A DNA stretch of 43,206 nt from a virus. Lineage: Duplodnaviria > Caudoviricetes. The position numbers and the translations under genes were made by a program. Positions 1 to 10,605 of the stretch are shown in pieces (the first letter of the stretch is position 1; each line of letters starts with the position of its first letter). The stretch lies in the IMG/VR virus record IMGVR_UViG_3300049070_000134, positions 1 to 43,206 of that record. One strand, written 5' to 3'. Below the pieces are notes generated by a model. That model saw only the letters and a list, made by a program, of their open reading frames with translations, did no database searches and was not told the DNA's origin.

Positions 1-46
1 GCGGTGAGGGCGGGGAGGGGCCGCCCTTTCAGGTTGGGGTTCTGTA

Positions 47-75
47 AGTATGGCCTGCCGGAGGGCAGGAGTCAA
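47..75 (-). promoter_or_regulatory. sigma70-type promoter pointing out of the left end
   Basis: Minus strand TTGACT-17 nt-CATACT just after the last gene's stop; spacer contains palindrome CCTGCC-N4-GGCAGG. Confidence 0.55.
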
Positions 76-78
76 GGG

Positions 79-2184
79 TTAGAACTGGCCGATGTAGACC
101 TTCTTCCGAGGCTTCTCACGCACGACAGCCGCGTCGGCGATTGGTCCGGTTGAGGCACGGATGGCAGCGATTCCAGCCGCCTTGGCAGCGGGGCTGAGTC
201 GCATGGCTGCAGCACGTGATTCGACAGCAGTGAGTGCCTTCCCGACCTTCATCCCGGCCTTCGTCATCCGGGCGAGGGTGATCGGAGAGCCAGCGTACAT
301 GCCGATGAGAGCTCCCGCAGCGGCTCCGGGGAGGCCGCCACCGGCCATGAAGCCGACCGCGCCACCGACGCCTGCGTTCCGGAAGCCACCCATCGCGGTG
401 ATAGGACCGAGCAGCTCTGCCGCGCCTTGGTGGCCGAAGGACTCCGCCAGGGCACTGCGCCTCACAAGGCTAAGGAGCGTGTCCGGCTGCAGGCCGAATT
501 GCTTCTCAATGTCACTCACATGCGCGAGGAAGCCAGCATGACTGTCCGCATCGAGGGCCTTCAGGAGACTGACTGTCTGCTTCTGCACGTCGGCAGTCGG
601 CTTTCCCCATCCCATCGCTCGCTTGATGGCAGTCAGGGATTTGCTCCGTGCTTCGAGGACCGCCCGGTTCAGTCCGAACTGCGACTGCGGCCCGCCCATC
701 GCGTCGAGGATCTCCGTTCGGACGCCGGTGGCGAAGTCGTTGAGCAACTGGCCGAACCTGCCCCCACGTGCAGCAGCGATCTCCTCCGCCTTCTCGGCGA
801 TTCCATCCGCGATGTCGACGGGAATGGACGTCAGGGGATGCTCACCGAGGTGGTGCTTCTGGATGTAGTCAAAGAATCCCTTCGCCGCCTTGGAGCCAGC
901 GGGCCACTTCTGCGCTTCCAGCGCTCCGGCCTTGCTGAGGGGCTGTTCCACCATCTTCCGTTCTGTCGTCGTGGTGGCAGTGTCGGTAGTGCGAGTGGAG
1001 AAGTTAGCTGAACGGCTCGACACACGAGTGGCGTCCTTCGGCCCTTTCGCACGGGAGCCAGCGGTAGCCACTTCGTCGATGTCCATGTGAGAAGCGGTCT
1101 TCGGTTCCGTGGAGCCACCGACCCGGAGGGATTTCCCTTCGCTGGCGGATGTCGTCTCACGGATGGCTCGGCGCGTCGTCGTGACGTCCTCCTCCGCGAC
1201 CTCGCGGATCAGCGACATCAGCCGCTGGGCGGCTCCGTTGGCGTTCACGACGCCACCTCCTTGGGCCGCTTCGGAGAGCATGCCCATCTCCGCAACTTTC
1301 TCCGGCATCATCGTCTCCTGCGGGCCGAGGGTCGACAGGCTGGAGTCCAGCCGTCCAATAATCCGCATGAACTCTCTCGCATTCGACGCGATGGAAGAAA
1401 GCTGCTTCGTGACCGGCTCCGGCTCCAGCATGCGCGCCATGTTGACCCCACCAGCCGACATGCCGCCTGCCTCGCGAACGGACGCCATCCTGGCAGCGAT
1501 CTCGTTGCCGAGGCGACCAGCAGCCCGCGCTGTGCCAATCCCCGCCTTCAGCGCCCCTTTGGCAGCGAGACCGAGTCCTTCCGCGATAGGCACACTCGCC
1601 GCGCCTTCGACGCCACTCATGGCGATCCGACCGGGGTCCATCCCTTGATTGGGGATCACCTGCGAGCCAATCGCCTGCCGGGCCGTCTCGCCAGCAGCGC
1701 TTCCCAAGCCTGCGCCGATGGCACCACCGATCAACCCTCCGGCAACGGTGCCGAGTCCGGGCACAACGGAACCTGCCGTCGCGCCAGTGGCAATCCCCGC
1801 GCCGACGCCGCTGACAGCGCCGACACCTAAGTCACCGAGCAGGTCCAGGAAATCCCCCATGTCGAGGCCGCCGATGGGATCGACGATCCGCCACGGATCC
1901 TTGGGAGACTTGCGAATCGCGAAGTTCCACGCTCCCGCTTCCGCAGGCAGCCGTCGGGTCTCGTAGCCGATGGACTCCAGGTAGCCACGGCCGAGTTCCG
2001 GATCATTCGCGAGGTTCATGAACTTGATCCTCTCCATCGCTCCGAGGCCGCCTTCGTTGCGGACCTGCGAAAGCGGGATCTCCACCTCGCGCATCAGATC
2101 ATGGGAGATCGGCTGGAGTGATCCATCCGGCATCAGCGCTGCCGCTGTGCCGTCCTGCTGGCGAACTACCTGAAGCTTAGGCAT
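79..2184 (-). CDS. Internal virion / DNA ejection protein (large)
   Basis: 701 aa, Ala/Gly-rich with two Gly-zipper hydrophobic segments; last of three such genes after the tail genes (P22 gp7/gp20/gp16 or T7 gp14-16 position). Confidence 0.65.
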   Translation of the reverse strand: MPKLQVVRQQDGTAAALMPDGSLQPISHDLMREVEIPLSQVRNEGGLGAMERIKFMNLANDPELGRGYLESIGYETRRLPAEAGAWNFAIRKSPKDPWRIVDPIGGLDMGDFLDLLGDLGVGAVSGVGAGIATGATAGSVVPGLGTVAGGLIGGAIGAGLGSAAGETARQAIGSQVIPNQGMDPGRIAMSGVEGAASVPIAEGLGLAAKGALKAGIGTARAAGRLGNEIAARMASVREAGGMSAGGVNMARMLEPEPVTKQLSSIASNAREFMRIIGRLDSSLSTLGPQETMMPEKVAEMGMLSEAAQGGGVVNANGAAQRLMSLIREVAEEDVTTTRRAIRETTSASEGKSLRVGGSTEPKTASHMDIDEVATAGSRAKGPKDATRVSSRSANFSTRTTDTATTTTERKMVEQPLSKAGALEAQKWPAGSKAAKGFFDYIQKHHLGEHPLTSIPVDIADGIAEKAEEIAAARGGRFGQLLNDFATGVRTEILDAMGGPQSQFGLNRAVLEARSKSLTAIKRAMGWGKPTADVQKQTVSLLKALDADSHAGFLAHVSDIEKQFGLQPDTLLSLVRRSALAESFGHQGAAELLGPITAMGGFRNAGVGGAVGFMAGGGLPGAAAGALIGMYAGSPITLARMTKAGMKVGKALTAVESRAAAMRLSPAAKAAGIAAIRASTGPIADAAVVREKPRKKVYIGQF

Positions 2185-3701
2185 TACTCCTCCCCTCCGT
2201 CATCGGTGAGTCCGAACAGTGAACCGTCGATAGTGCCACCCGTCGGCACGACGCCGGGGGGCAGTTGAGCGCCGTACGGGCTGACGTTCGCAGGCCCGCT
2301 AGCCAGTCCAGCACCAGCGGACTTCAGGATCGTCGGATCGTATCCATAGATCTGCGCTGCAGCCTCCATCCGCTCCAGGGCACGGTAGAGCACGTTCCTC
2401 GCTCCTTGGATCTGGCTTGCCTGCGTGGTCTCCCAGGTCCACACATCCGGGACCGTCGCGTCAAGCTCATTCCGTTCCGTCGGCGTCAGGGCCTTACCGC
2501 CAGGACCGAACAGCAGCGTTCTCTTCAACTCTGAGGCGAGGCGGTTGAACTCCACTCGCAAGGCTCCTCCCGGACCAAAGCCTCCCATGCCCCCAGCGAC
2601 AGGCCCTCCGACGCCCATCTTCTGAAGCGCATACAACCTGTCGAGGATGGGCAAGTACTGCGAGATGAGCAGGTAGTTGTCTGCGTGCTCCTTGATATAA
2701 GCGTTCTGCGTGGTCCGGGAGATCTGCATCGCACGGACCTGTGAAGCGAGGAGGGTACGCTCCAGCGCCATCTTCCCTGCGAACTGCGCCTCTTCCATCC
2801 GATACGTATGCTGCTGCTTCAACCGCTCCATCGCCATCTGCTGCTCGGCGTCCAGCCCTCGCTGAGCGTTGAGCAGGTTGCCGATGTCGGTGATCTCGCC
2901 CATTGCAGACTTGACGAACTGATCCCCAAGACTGTTCGGATCGGCCTCCATCGCCCCGCTGACGAGTTCGCGGAGCATCAGGACACGCCGCATCACTTCC
3001 TTGCCAGCGGCCTGATCTGCAGGATTCTGCGACTCGACAAGCTGCCGTGCAGCTTCCGACGCACCGGTGATGATCGTCTGCGCGTTGCGCATGATCTGAT
3101 TAACCCCCTGCATCGTCTGCTCGCGGTTCATCTGCCGTTCGCTGGCTTCGGCTTGCTGGCCAATCATCTGCGACTCGACGCCGAAACGTTGAGCCTGAAC
3201 GTCGTGCTGGCGGATAAAATCTGCCACCGGCATCTGCCTGTAGCGATCAATCTCCGGCTGAAGCATCGCAGCGCGGTCTGGAGCCAGAGCACCAAGCGCT
3301 CCAGCGGCGATGGCTGCCAACGGTGGCAAGCCACGCTCAGTGGGAATCGGCATATTCGACCACTGTTGGATCCGGGCGGATAGATCCGCCAGCCGCTGCT
3401 GCTCGACGGATTGGCCTGCAGTGTGGAAGCCGAAGGACGGCAACGGTGCGACGGAGGGGAGACGGATAAGGCCAGGAGTGCCGGTCGAAGATGCCACAGA
3501 CGGTGGAGCCGACTTCACCGATCGGGCGGAGCCAGCGCGACCGAAGATGGGGTCGACGTAGTTCTGCTGAGGCTTGTCGGACTTGTACCCTGACGGCTTT
3601 CGTGTGACAGGCGTCGAAGCAGGGCCGATAGACAGGTTCATGAAGTCATTCGGCTGCCTCCACCACTCCTTGCGCGGCTTGAAGAACCCCGGATCGGCCA
3701 T
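2184..3701 (-). CDS. Internal virion / DNA ejection protein (middle)
   Basis: 505 aa, Gln/Ala/Met-rich predicted helical protein; synteny; TAATG coupling. Confidence 0.6.
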   Translation of the reverse strand: MADPGFFKPRKEWWRQPNDFMNLSIGPASTPVTRKPSGYKSDKPQQNYVDPIFGRAGSARSVKSAPPSVASSTGTPGLIRLPSVAPLPSFGFHTAGQSVEQQRLADLSARIQQWSNMPIPTERGLPPLAAIAAGALGALAPDRAAMLQPEIDRYRQMPVADFIRQHDVQAQRFGVESQMIGQQAEASERQMNREQTMQGVNQIMRNAQTIITGASEAARQLVESQNPADQAAGKEVMRRVLMLRELVSGAMEADPNSLGDQFVKSAMGEITDIGNLLNAQRGLDAEQQMAMERLKQQHTYRMEEAQFAGKMALERTLLASQVRAMQISRTTQNAYIKEHADNYLLISQYLPILDRLYALQKMGVGGPVAGGMGGFGPGGALRVEFNRLASELKRTLLFGPGGKALTPTERNELDATVPDVWTWETTQASQIQGARNVLYRALERMEAAAQIYGYDPTILKSAGAGLASGPANVSPYGAQLPPGVVPTGGTIDGSLFGLTDDGGEE

Positions 3702-4408
3702 TAGATCACCGCCGGGACGCTGCGAGCGATGTCACGATAGTCATCCCACGTCGGCTGGAAGCCACCCTTCCGGAACGCCTGCCCCCATTGCGCTCCGACC
3801 TGTGGAGATGGTATGACCGGCTGCGGAGACGGTGCCAGTGGCTGGTCTACGCCAGGAGCAGGCTTCTTCTGATTCTGCATGTATAGCCACGTCCCCAGTC
3901 CACCCTGCAACCCACCCGCCACTCCGGCGAGGATGCTGTTCTGCTGCGGAGGCACTCCCGGAGCGCCGAGCAGCGACTGGCTGCGCGCGAACTGCACCTG
4001 CCGCGCCCACTCAAGCGCCGCGTTGGAAGCCACGACGCCGGGCATCTGCATGGACATGTTCTTCAAGACCGCCCCAACGCCGGTCTCATCCCATCCCGAC
4101 CGCGCCAACCCCGCATCCATCTTCCCCTCGATGCCAGGGCCGATGCCACGGGCCACGAGGGCACGGAACTGCGGCTGGACCTGATTCGCCACGTTCATGA
4201 TCCGCTGCGGCCGAATCATCCTCTGCGCGCGGCGGTTCAGTGAGGCCTGTCGACGAGAGGCGCTGTTGGCAGACCCCGCCTGCAGGAAGCCGCCGATGGC
4301 CCCAATGACGCCGCCGATGACCGCGCCCCAAGGGCCAGCGATGGCACCAGTAGCTGCGCCAGTGGCAGCCCCTTGCGCTACTGCTCCCCCTGTTGACTGC
4401 TCAGCCAT
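3701..4408 (-). CDS. Internal virion / DNA ejection protein (small, pilot-like)
   Basis: N-terminal GAATGAIAGPWGAVIGGVIGAIGG Gly-zipper typical of podophage ejection proteins. Confidence 0.7.
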   Translation of the reverse strand: MAEQSTGGAVAQGAATGAATGAIAGPWGAVIGGVIGAIGGFLQAGSANSASRRQASLNRRAQRMIRPQRIMNVANQVQPQFRALVARGIGPGIEGKMDAGLARSGWDETGVGAVLKNMSMQMPGVVASNAALEWARQVQFARSQSLLGAPGVPPQQNSILAGVAGGLQGGLGTWLYMQNQKKPAPGVDQPLAPSPQPVIPSPQVGAQWGQAFRKGGFQPTWDDYRDIARSVPAVI

Positions 4409-4550
4409 TCTGCTCCTTCAGCTTCTCCAGCTTATCCTGCAGTGCCGCAACCGTCCGAGCCAACGGGGCCGGGACTTGGAACGCAGGCGAGTTCACGATA
4501 TTGCAGAGGAGGGCGAACTCCTCCTCGGTGACGATCAGGTGCTTATTCAT
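4401..4550 (-). CDS. Small coiled-coil protein, possible tail fibre chaperone
   Basis: 49 aa MNKHLIVTEEEF...; GGAGG RBS upstream of ATG at 4550. Confidence 0.55.
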   Translation of the reverse strand: MNKHLIVTEEEFALLCNIVNSPAFQVPAPLARTVAALQDKLEKLKEQNG

Positions 4551-4578
4551 TATATGTCCTCCACGGAAGGGTTGCCAG

Positions 4579-5901
4579 TTAGGCAGCCATGAGTCCAAGG
4601 TTCTTCAACGCCTTGACGACGTCGCCGATTGTGTACGCCGTCGAGCCAGTGTTGCCAGTGAATGTGCTTGCGTCATCAACTGCAGTGCCGCCCCCCGCGC
4701 TATGTCCTGTCGTCGTGCCAGTACCGGCCTGCTGCGCGACAGGGCCAACGCCGAAGAAGCCAAGCTTCTGCGATGCGCCAGTGCCGATGAGAGTGCCGGT
4801 CGCGGTTCCAACTTGAATGTTGTAGGAGTCATTCATTCGAATCCCTTGCGTCAGCCCTGGCGACATACCTACGCCGATCTTACTGAACTGCGGCGTTCCG
4901 GTCGTCTTCACATCCTGGTCGAACCAATCCGCGATGGTCGGGTTGCCAGTGATTCGCAGTGTACGATCCCCATCCGCGACGTCGAAGGTCAGCGTTCGAT
5001 CAGCAGAGAGGTTGCCACTGGAGTTGGAGGCCAGCTTGGTGAAGTAGTCGACTCCAGAGTCCTTCAGGTTCAGCGTCCCGGTCAGGTATGCGTTCCGCCA
5101 ACGGAGAGGCGTTCCGGTCTCACCGAAGTCCAGAGTCGCGTCGACCGCTGGGAGGAAGTGGTCGTTGTAGCCGACTGAGATGGTCAATGTCGTGCAGGAC
5201 ACATCCGCCAGCAGAGCAGAGCCACTCAGTTGATTAATGTCACCATTAACCGTCAATCCATTCGTCTGCACATCCGCGAACCGCCGTCCTGCCGTCCCAA
5301 CGTTGATGGTGCCCGTCGTCGCCGGACGCAGACTCGTGATGCCACTTAGATCCAGGTTCGTGACCGAGATGCTGAGCGTCTGCACGGTGCCGGACGTGCC
5401 AGTCAGTGTCAGATTCTGCGCGTTCGCGGTGCTACGCAGCGACGTCGGAAACTTATGCACATGTCCCGCATCCGCTGCGAAGTTCGTGCTGCCATGTGAA
5501 GCTGCCGCTGCAGCATCCGCTGGAGACGTCGCGTCGAAGATGGCGATCTGCGCATCCGACCTGACGAGGCTTGAGGATCCCCCTGGAGCCGCCGTCGTGC
5601 TGAATGTGAACGCTGGCGTCGCGAGGGACAGCGAGAGTGCGAACGTCGTTCCTGGCCCGCCGTCGACGGCAAGGATCGGTGCCGCGACCGTCAATCGTCT
5701 CTCCGACGACAGTGCCGCATGATTCGCTAGGACGAGGTACGACGCCGTATCGGGGAGACTGCTGGACGTGCCCGTCTCCGAGGGCATGATTGCCGCAAGG
5801 GCAGGGCCGATGTCCCTCAGGAAGGGATCAATCTCCTCCAGCGCCTTGCGGACGTACGGATCCGGCACTCGAGTCGGGTCTACACCGCGGTAGCCCCTCA
5901 C
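4579..5901 (-). CDS. Tail fibre / tail-associated structural protein
   Basis: Thr/Gly/Ser-rich beta-type sequence; C-terminus QKLGFFG...YTIGDVVKALKNLGL resembles phage tail protein ends. Confidence 0.7.
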   Translation of the reverse strand: MRGYRGVDPTRVPDPYVRKALEEIDPFLRDIGPALAAIMPSETGTSSSLPDTASYLVLANHAALSSERRLTVAAPILAVDGGPGTTFALSLSLATPAFTFSTTAAPGGSSSLVRSDAQIAIFDATSPADAAAAASHGSTNFAADAGHVHKFPTSLRSTANAQNLTLTGTSGTVQTLSISVTNLDLSGITSLRPATTGTINVGTAGRRFADVQTNGLTVNGDINQLSGSALLADVSCTTLTISVGYNDHFLPAVDATLDFGETGTPLRWRNAYLTGTLNLKDSGVDYFTKLASNSSGNLSADRTLTFDVADGDRTLRITGNPTIADWFDQDVKTTGTPQFSKIGVGMSPGLTQGIRMNDSYNIQVGTATGTLIGTGASQKLGFFGVGPVAQQAGTGTTTGHSAGGGTAVDDASTFTGNTGSTAYTIGDVVKALKNLGLMAA

Positions 5902-7829
5902 GGAGATTGCTCCTCATACGCAGGGTCGAACTCAACCATCAGGTAGTTGAACCGAACTCTCTGAATCGGATTCGTCATCGACACGCCGAACTGGAACGCA
6001 TCCCCGAGGGACTCCTCATAGACGCCAGTCGCTTCACGTCTATCGACGTCGATCTCCTCCGTCTCCGTCAGATCATCCTCCCCCTCCGAGCGTGCGACCA
6101 GCGTCGCTGTGGCAGTCTGTCCGGACGCGCCAGCGGAGTGGTGCAGCCACCCCCGGCGGAAGATAGCCTCATCCCCGACGCCGGTCAGGTACTGATCACC
6201 ACTGCGGACGTTGAAGGCAATCCCACCGCTACTGGAGGCGTCCACGACGCCAACGCCTTCCTGGTACAGCACGCCGTCGGATCCGCACGTGAAGGCATAG
6301 AACCCCGACGGGCCGGGGCTGAGGGCAGCCATGAAGGCACCATTCGCATTCACATTGATCGGCCCGGTTACCTTCGCCCTGGGACGGCCGTTCACGTTCT
6401 TGATATGCGACGGATGATAGTAGAGGTAAAGCGCCTTCGTGTTTGCACTCCCCTCCGCAGGGGTGTAGTAGAACTCCAACCGGAACCTGCGCGGGTTGTT
6501 GATGAGCACCGAGTCCGCCAATGACGCACCTGCCGTCGTGGCTTCCCAATCGAGGTCGGCCGACAACACATCCCACGTCACCCCATCCGTGACGATGATG
6601 CCATGAGGAGACACGTAAGCAATGAGCGACGACCCCGCTCCGTAACTGAACTTCGCCACCGCCCGCGCGCTGACGCCACCGAACGCTCCCTCGACTTCCG
6701 TGCGGACCCGGTCCGGCTGGAAGGACGCATCCTCCGGCAGGGGAAGAGTGTCCAGCCGCTGGAGACTGTTCGCCATTCCAACCAACACCGCCCGGCCGAG
6801 GGTCCGGATCCACACAACCCGATCCTTATGCTTCGTGCGGATCTTGATGACGTTCGTGCCAGGGTGTGCGTGCAGATCCCCCGGTGCGGTGAAGCGAACA
6901 TGGTCCTCATTCGCGACGTCATTCTGGACGATGCTTCCTTCGAAGACGTCGCCAGTCGATGACACTGGTGGTTCGCCATACTTCGGCGTCGTGGTGGCTT
7001 CGCTGTTCAGTTCAACCGCGACCGTCGGGTACGTGTCCCCAGAAGGGAAGCCAGGATTCGTGCCGGTTCGTGTGTCGTCGATGAACGACGCTGCCCCGAC
7101 GGCAATCTCTGCAATCTCTGCTCCGACGGGAAACTGTCCGTTCGTCTCCGTCGCGAAGAGTGCCACATGCGTGGCATCGCTGTTCGCCAGCGTCGGCACC
7201 GACACGCGAGGCTTGTCCGTCGTGCCATCTCCCGTCAACGTGACCGTCGTCGCCACAGCGGATGCGGACCGTCGAACAATGGTCGTGCCGGACTTGACCC
7301 GCTCTTCAAACCAGTACGTGATCGTATTCCCGCTGGAGAGGATGAACCCCGTCACCGCGCCTGCATCCCTACTGACCGTCGGCGCTGCCACTGCTGCCAG
7401 CATCCCCTGCGGCTGCGTCGTCATATCCGACGAGACGACTTGGTTCCTGTCGACGCCGTTGAAGAGGATATGCTCATTCTGCATGTTCGCCGAGTCGAAC
7501 TGCGTCGCGCTGCCGTCCAGCCCGGTCACGAGGTCGGAGAAGCTGCCCGACGACGCTGCGTCCGCTACGCGGTACGTGTCCGCCACGAGGATGATGAACT
7601 TCTTCACCGACGGTTCCCACTCGAAGAACCCGCCGGAGAGAATGTCGTCCGCCTCTGCAGTGCTGTTGAACGCCGACCGTCCCGGCACCGGCCAGATGCC
7701 TGGATCGTCCGGCAGGTACTCCGCATCGTCCGCACGAGACAGTTCGCCTAGCACGTCGTCACTGCGGAGAGAGGACGGATCACGACTCGTGACAAGGCCT
7801 CCGTTGAACAGAACCAGCTTCTTTGGCAT
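5898..7829 (-). CDS. Tail nozzle / tubular protein B-like (head-closure protein)
   Basis: 643 aa beta-rich, N-terminal FNGGL motif, follows adaptor gene. Confidence 0.65.
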   Translation of the reverse strand: MPKKLVLFNGGLVTSRDPSSLRSDDVLGELSRADDAEYLPDDPGIWPVPGRSAFNSTAEADDILSGGFFEWEPSVKKFIILVADTYRVADAASSGSFSDLVTGLDGSATQFDSANMQNEHILFNGVDRNQVVSSDMTTQPQGMLAAVAAPTVSRDAGAVTGFILSSGNTITYWFEERVKSGTTIVRRSASAVATTVTLTGDGTTDKPRVSVPTLANSDATHVALFATETNGQFPVGAEIAEIAVGAASFIDDTRTGTNPGFPSGDTYPTVAVELNSEATTTPKYGEPPVSSTGDVFEGSIVQNDVANEDHVRFTAPGDLHAHPGTNVIKIRTKHKDRVVWIRTLGRAVLVGMANSLQRLDTLPLPEDASFQPDRVRTEVEGAFGGVSARAVAKFSYGAGSSLIAYVSPHGIIVTDGVTWDVLSADLDWEATTAGASLADSVLINNPRRFRLEFYYTPAEGSANTKALYLYYHPSHIKNVNGRPRAKVTGPINVNANGAFMAALSPGPSGFYAFTCGSDGVLYQEGVGVVDASSSGGIAFNVRSGDQYLTGVGDEAIFRRGWLHHSAGASGQTATATLVARSEGEDDLTETEEIDVDRREATGVYEESLGDAFQFGVSMTNPIQRVRFNYLMVEFDPAYEEQSP

Positions 7830-8527
7830 TAGGGTGTGGGGATGTCAGGGAAATCGCGGAAGCGATGCTCCAGCCCAAGGCGGTACGCCCTGGCTGCCAC
7901 GTACTCCTCCCGTGCGTCTTCGAAGGACTTCTGCTTGTGAGTCATCTTCGCCTCGGCGAGTTGGAAGATGCCTTCATCGACTTCCATCGGTACGTTCAAC
8001 CGTTCCCCGCCTGAAGTGACGAGAGCAATCCGGCGGAAGTAGTAGAGCCGCAACGTCGGGTGCTGGAGGCTGCTGCCGTTGGCTGCTGGATAGATCGTCA
8101 CCTTACCTGTCTGGTGAGCGTTCTGCGCGGTGTAGAACATCGGTTTGCTGCTGGTACCGGAACGGTCCGGGAACCAGATCAGCCACTCCTCGAAGGGCAC
8201 CCACTGAAGGGTGTCCCTCTCATCGCCATTCGTGTCGACGAGCTTCGCGCGGTTCGGCCCGGCGAAATCGGACTGCAGGTTGTAGGTATCACTATCTACT
8301 GGCGACGGCGATGCCAACGTGATGTCCTGCGTCACTCGATTGAAGCGCCAGAACCACGTGTTGTACTCCCTCACCGCAGCGTCCCAACACTTTCCCGCCC
8401 GTAGGAGGATGCTAGCGCGTGACTCGCCGCCGTAGAAGGAAGCAATCTCCGCGAGCGCTTCATCCCGCGTCCGGTTGGAACTGGTCTGCGGGAACTCAGA
8501 TCCGGGGCCTACGATTCGAGTCGACAT
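7829..8527 (-). CDS. Head-tail adaptor / tail tubular protein A-like
   Basis: ~232 aa; WFWRF...YNLQSDF...KPMFY...VTIYP pattern of podophage adaptors; start at TAATG overlap. Confidence 0.7.
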   Translation of the reverse strand: MSTRIVGPGSEFPQTSSNRTRDEALAEIASFYGGESRASILLRAGKCWDAAVREYNTWFWRFNRVTQDITLASPSPVDSDTYNLQSDFAGPNRAKLVDTNGDERDTLQWVPFEEWLIWFPDRSGTSSKPMFYTAQNAHQTGKVTIYPAANGSSLQHPTLRLYYFRRIALVTSGGERLNVPMEVDEGIFQLAEAKMTHKQKSFEDAREEYVAARAYRLGLEHRFRDFPDIPTP

Positions 8528-10602
8528 TACAAGATCACCCATGAGAGGCGATAGTTGATGGCGTCGTCTGTCACCTTCATCGCGACCGTCAGCGTTGTGG
8601 CTGCGATGCTACTGGAGGTGATAGCATGCGCGGGAGTCGCGGACGTGTCAACCGGCGTAAGCGTGACCATGTACCGTGGCGCGGTCGTATACGTGCCAGC
8701 CTTGAATGTGTAGACGATACTGAAGGAGGTACTGGACGGGTTCAAGATGACACTGCCTACCGTGTCACTCCCCTCCGCAGACACAAACGCACAGTTCGTC
8801 TGCGTGGTGAAGTCTCCCGTGACCGGCGGGCCGACCTTCCGGACGATGGGGTAACGAATCGCGTCCCATCCCGACGAGGTGCCCTGGAACAGCACGTAGT
8901 CCCCTGCCGCCACGCAGATCGGGCCATCCGGCAGGTTCAGATTGCCCCCCGTCGTGAAGAGCGGAGCAGCAGCAGCATTGCACCGAAGGAGGAGCGGTCG
9001 TCCATTGTCCGCCGCGCCTGCATGCGTGATCGTCGAAATGGCCGTCGTGCCGGTGATGTTGAAGTAGTTCCCATCTCCGACGTCGATGGATGATGCTGAT
9101 GCAATGTCGGCCCGAGTGTTGAAGACGACGTCCTTCAGGAACTTCGTCGGGCTGACGAGACGTGACGCCGCGTCTGGATCCCCGGAGAGGATGAACTTCG
9201 TGCTGGCTCCAGTGCCATCATTACCGAGCACGATGAGCGTGCCAGCATTGCAGGTGAAGGTACCATTCCCCCCCGTCGTGTTGTCGACGATCTGCCCCGG
9301 CACGTTCCACAGCTTCCATCCGTTGCAGCCCGCGTCGATCTGGAAGCTCGTCGTCACCGTGTTGATGTTGACGTTCTCCACCTTCCCAGTCGCACCAGTA
9401 GCAGAGATGCGAATTCCATTCGTGTGGTCTTCGATGTTGATGTTCTCAATCCGCCACATGCCACCCGTTCCGGAGGGGACGCGAATCGCCGGACCAGCCT
9501 GTAGCGTTGCTCCATCGTAAGGGTTGAAGGTGATGCCTTCAATGATTGGCCGCCCTCCAGCGTTGAGGTCCATCCCGATGGCTGTACTGCCCGACGCAGA
9601 GGGACTGAATTCACAGTCACGGAATCGATAGTTCTGATTCCCGAACGCCGTATCTGCGAAGACACCCTTGACGCGATACCGAGCGAACCGACAGCCGATA
9701 GCTCCTGCTCCTTCTTGCATGTTCGTCGAGTAGAAGCAGATGCTGTTAGCGACGTTGTTGCAGTCAACCGCAAGGTACTGCAGGTCGGAGTACGTGTCCG
9801 TGCTACCATCTCCAAGCCGCACCATCGCCGTCGTGGTACCGTTGAACGTGAATCCGGTCGTCGCCCGGATGACGGATGCACGATTCCCTGCGCCACGGAG
9901 GATCAGCCTGGAGCCAGGAACGGTCAGTTGGCTGCTGATCATGTAGATGCCCGGTGGGAACTCGACGATGCCGCCATTCCCTTCGGCGCCGTCTTCGTAT
10001 GCCTCATCAAGCGCACGCTGGATCGCCGCTGTGTCGTCCGTCGTCCCATCACCGAGAGCGCCGTACCGAGCATCCCGAACGTTGAACGTGTACGCCACGC
10101 TGACATGCTCGTCGATGTAGAGCGTCGTCTCGGCGGTGCTGCCGGAGACCTTCATGTCATAGAAGCCACCCGCCAGCCAGCACTCAACCCGCCCCGTCGA
10201 GGACGTCGTCAGCACGTTCCCGCTGATCGTCTCATCCCGCGCGGCGTCGTTGTAGAGCGTCGGCGCAGGCGACACGACACTGATGCGATCTTCGTCCGCC
10301 AGCGACAGTGTGCCACTGAAGTTGCTCAGCGTGACGGTCTGTCCCGTGTAGGAGACATCCGTCACGGTGAACTGGTTCGTTCCCCCACTGCTGCTAACCT
10401 GCGTGGTGCCGGATCGCCAGACTTCTACAGTATCATCGATTCGGATGGCTCCAATGTCATCCACATCGACCGTCTGCCCGGACGTCTTCGACTGGATGCC
10501 ATTGACGGACGCCCCCTGACGACGGATCTCGACGGAAGCGCCACTGATGGCATCTCCGTCCGTCTCCTGGAAGGTACGTAGAAATCTGCCGACTCGAAAC
10601 AT
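8527..10602 (-). CDS. Tailspike with pectate-lyase-3-type beta-helix (putative depolymerase / receptor-binding protein)
   Basis: FNVRDARYGALGDGTTDDTAAIQRALD...VEFPPGIY signature followed by beta-helix-like repeats. Confidence 0.88.
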   Translation of the reverse strand: MFRVGRFLRTFQETDGDAISGASVEIRRQGASVNGIQSKTSGQTVDVDDIGAIRIDDTVEVWRSGTTQVSSSGGTNQFTVTDVSYTGQTVTLSNFSGTLSLADEDRISVVSPAPTLYNDAARDETISGNVLTTSSTGRVECWLAGGFYDMKVSGSTAETTLYIDEHVSVAYTFNVRDARYGALGDGTTDDTAAIQRALDEAYEDGAEGNGGIVEFPPGIYMISSQLTVPGSRLILRGAGNRASVIRATTGFTFNGTTTAMVRLGDGSTDTYSDLQYLAVDCNNVANSICFYSTNMQEGAGAIGCRFARYRVKGVFADTAFGNQNYRFRDCEFSPSASGSTAIGMDLNAGGRPIIEGITFNPYDGATLQAGPAIRVPSGTGGMWRIENINIEDHTNGIRISATGATGKVENVNINTVTTSFQIDAGCNGWKLWNVPGQIVDNTTGGNGTFTCNAGTLIVLGNDGTGASTKFILSGDPDAASRLVSPTKFLKDVVFNTRADIASASSIDVGDGNYFNITGTTAISTITHAGAADNGRPLLLRCNAAAAPLFTTGGNLNLPDGPICVAAGDYVLFQGTSSGWDAIRYPIVRKVGPPVTGDFTTQTNCAFVSAEGSDTVGSVILNPSSTSFSIVYTFKAGTYTTAPRYMVTLTPVDTSATPAHAITSSSIAATTLTVAMKVTDDAINYRLSWVIL

Positions 10603-10605
10603 CCC

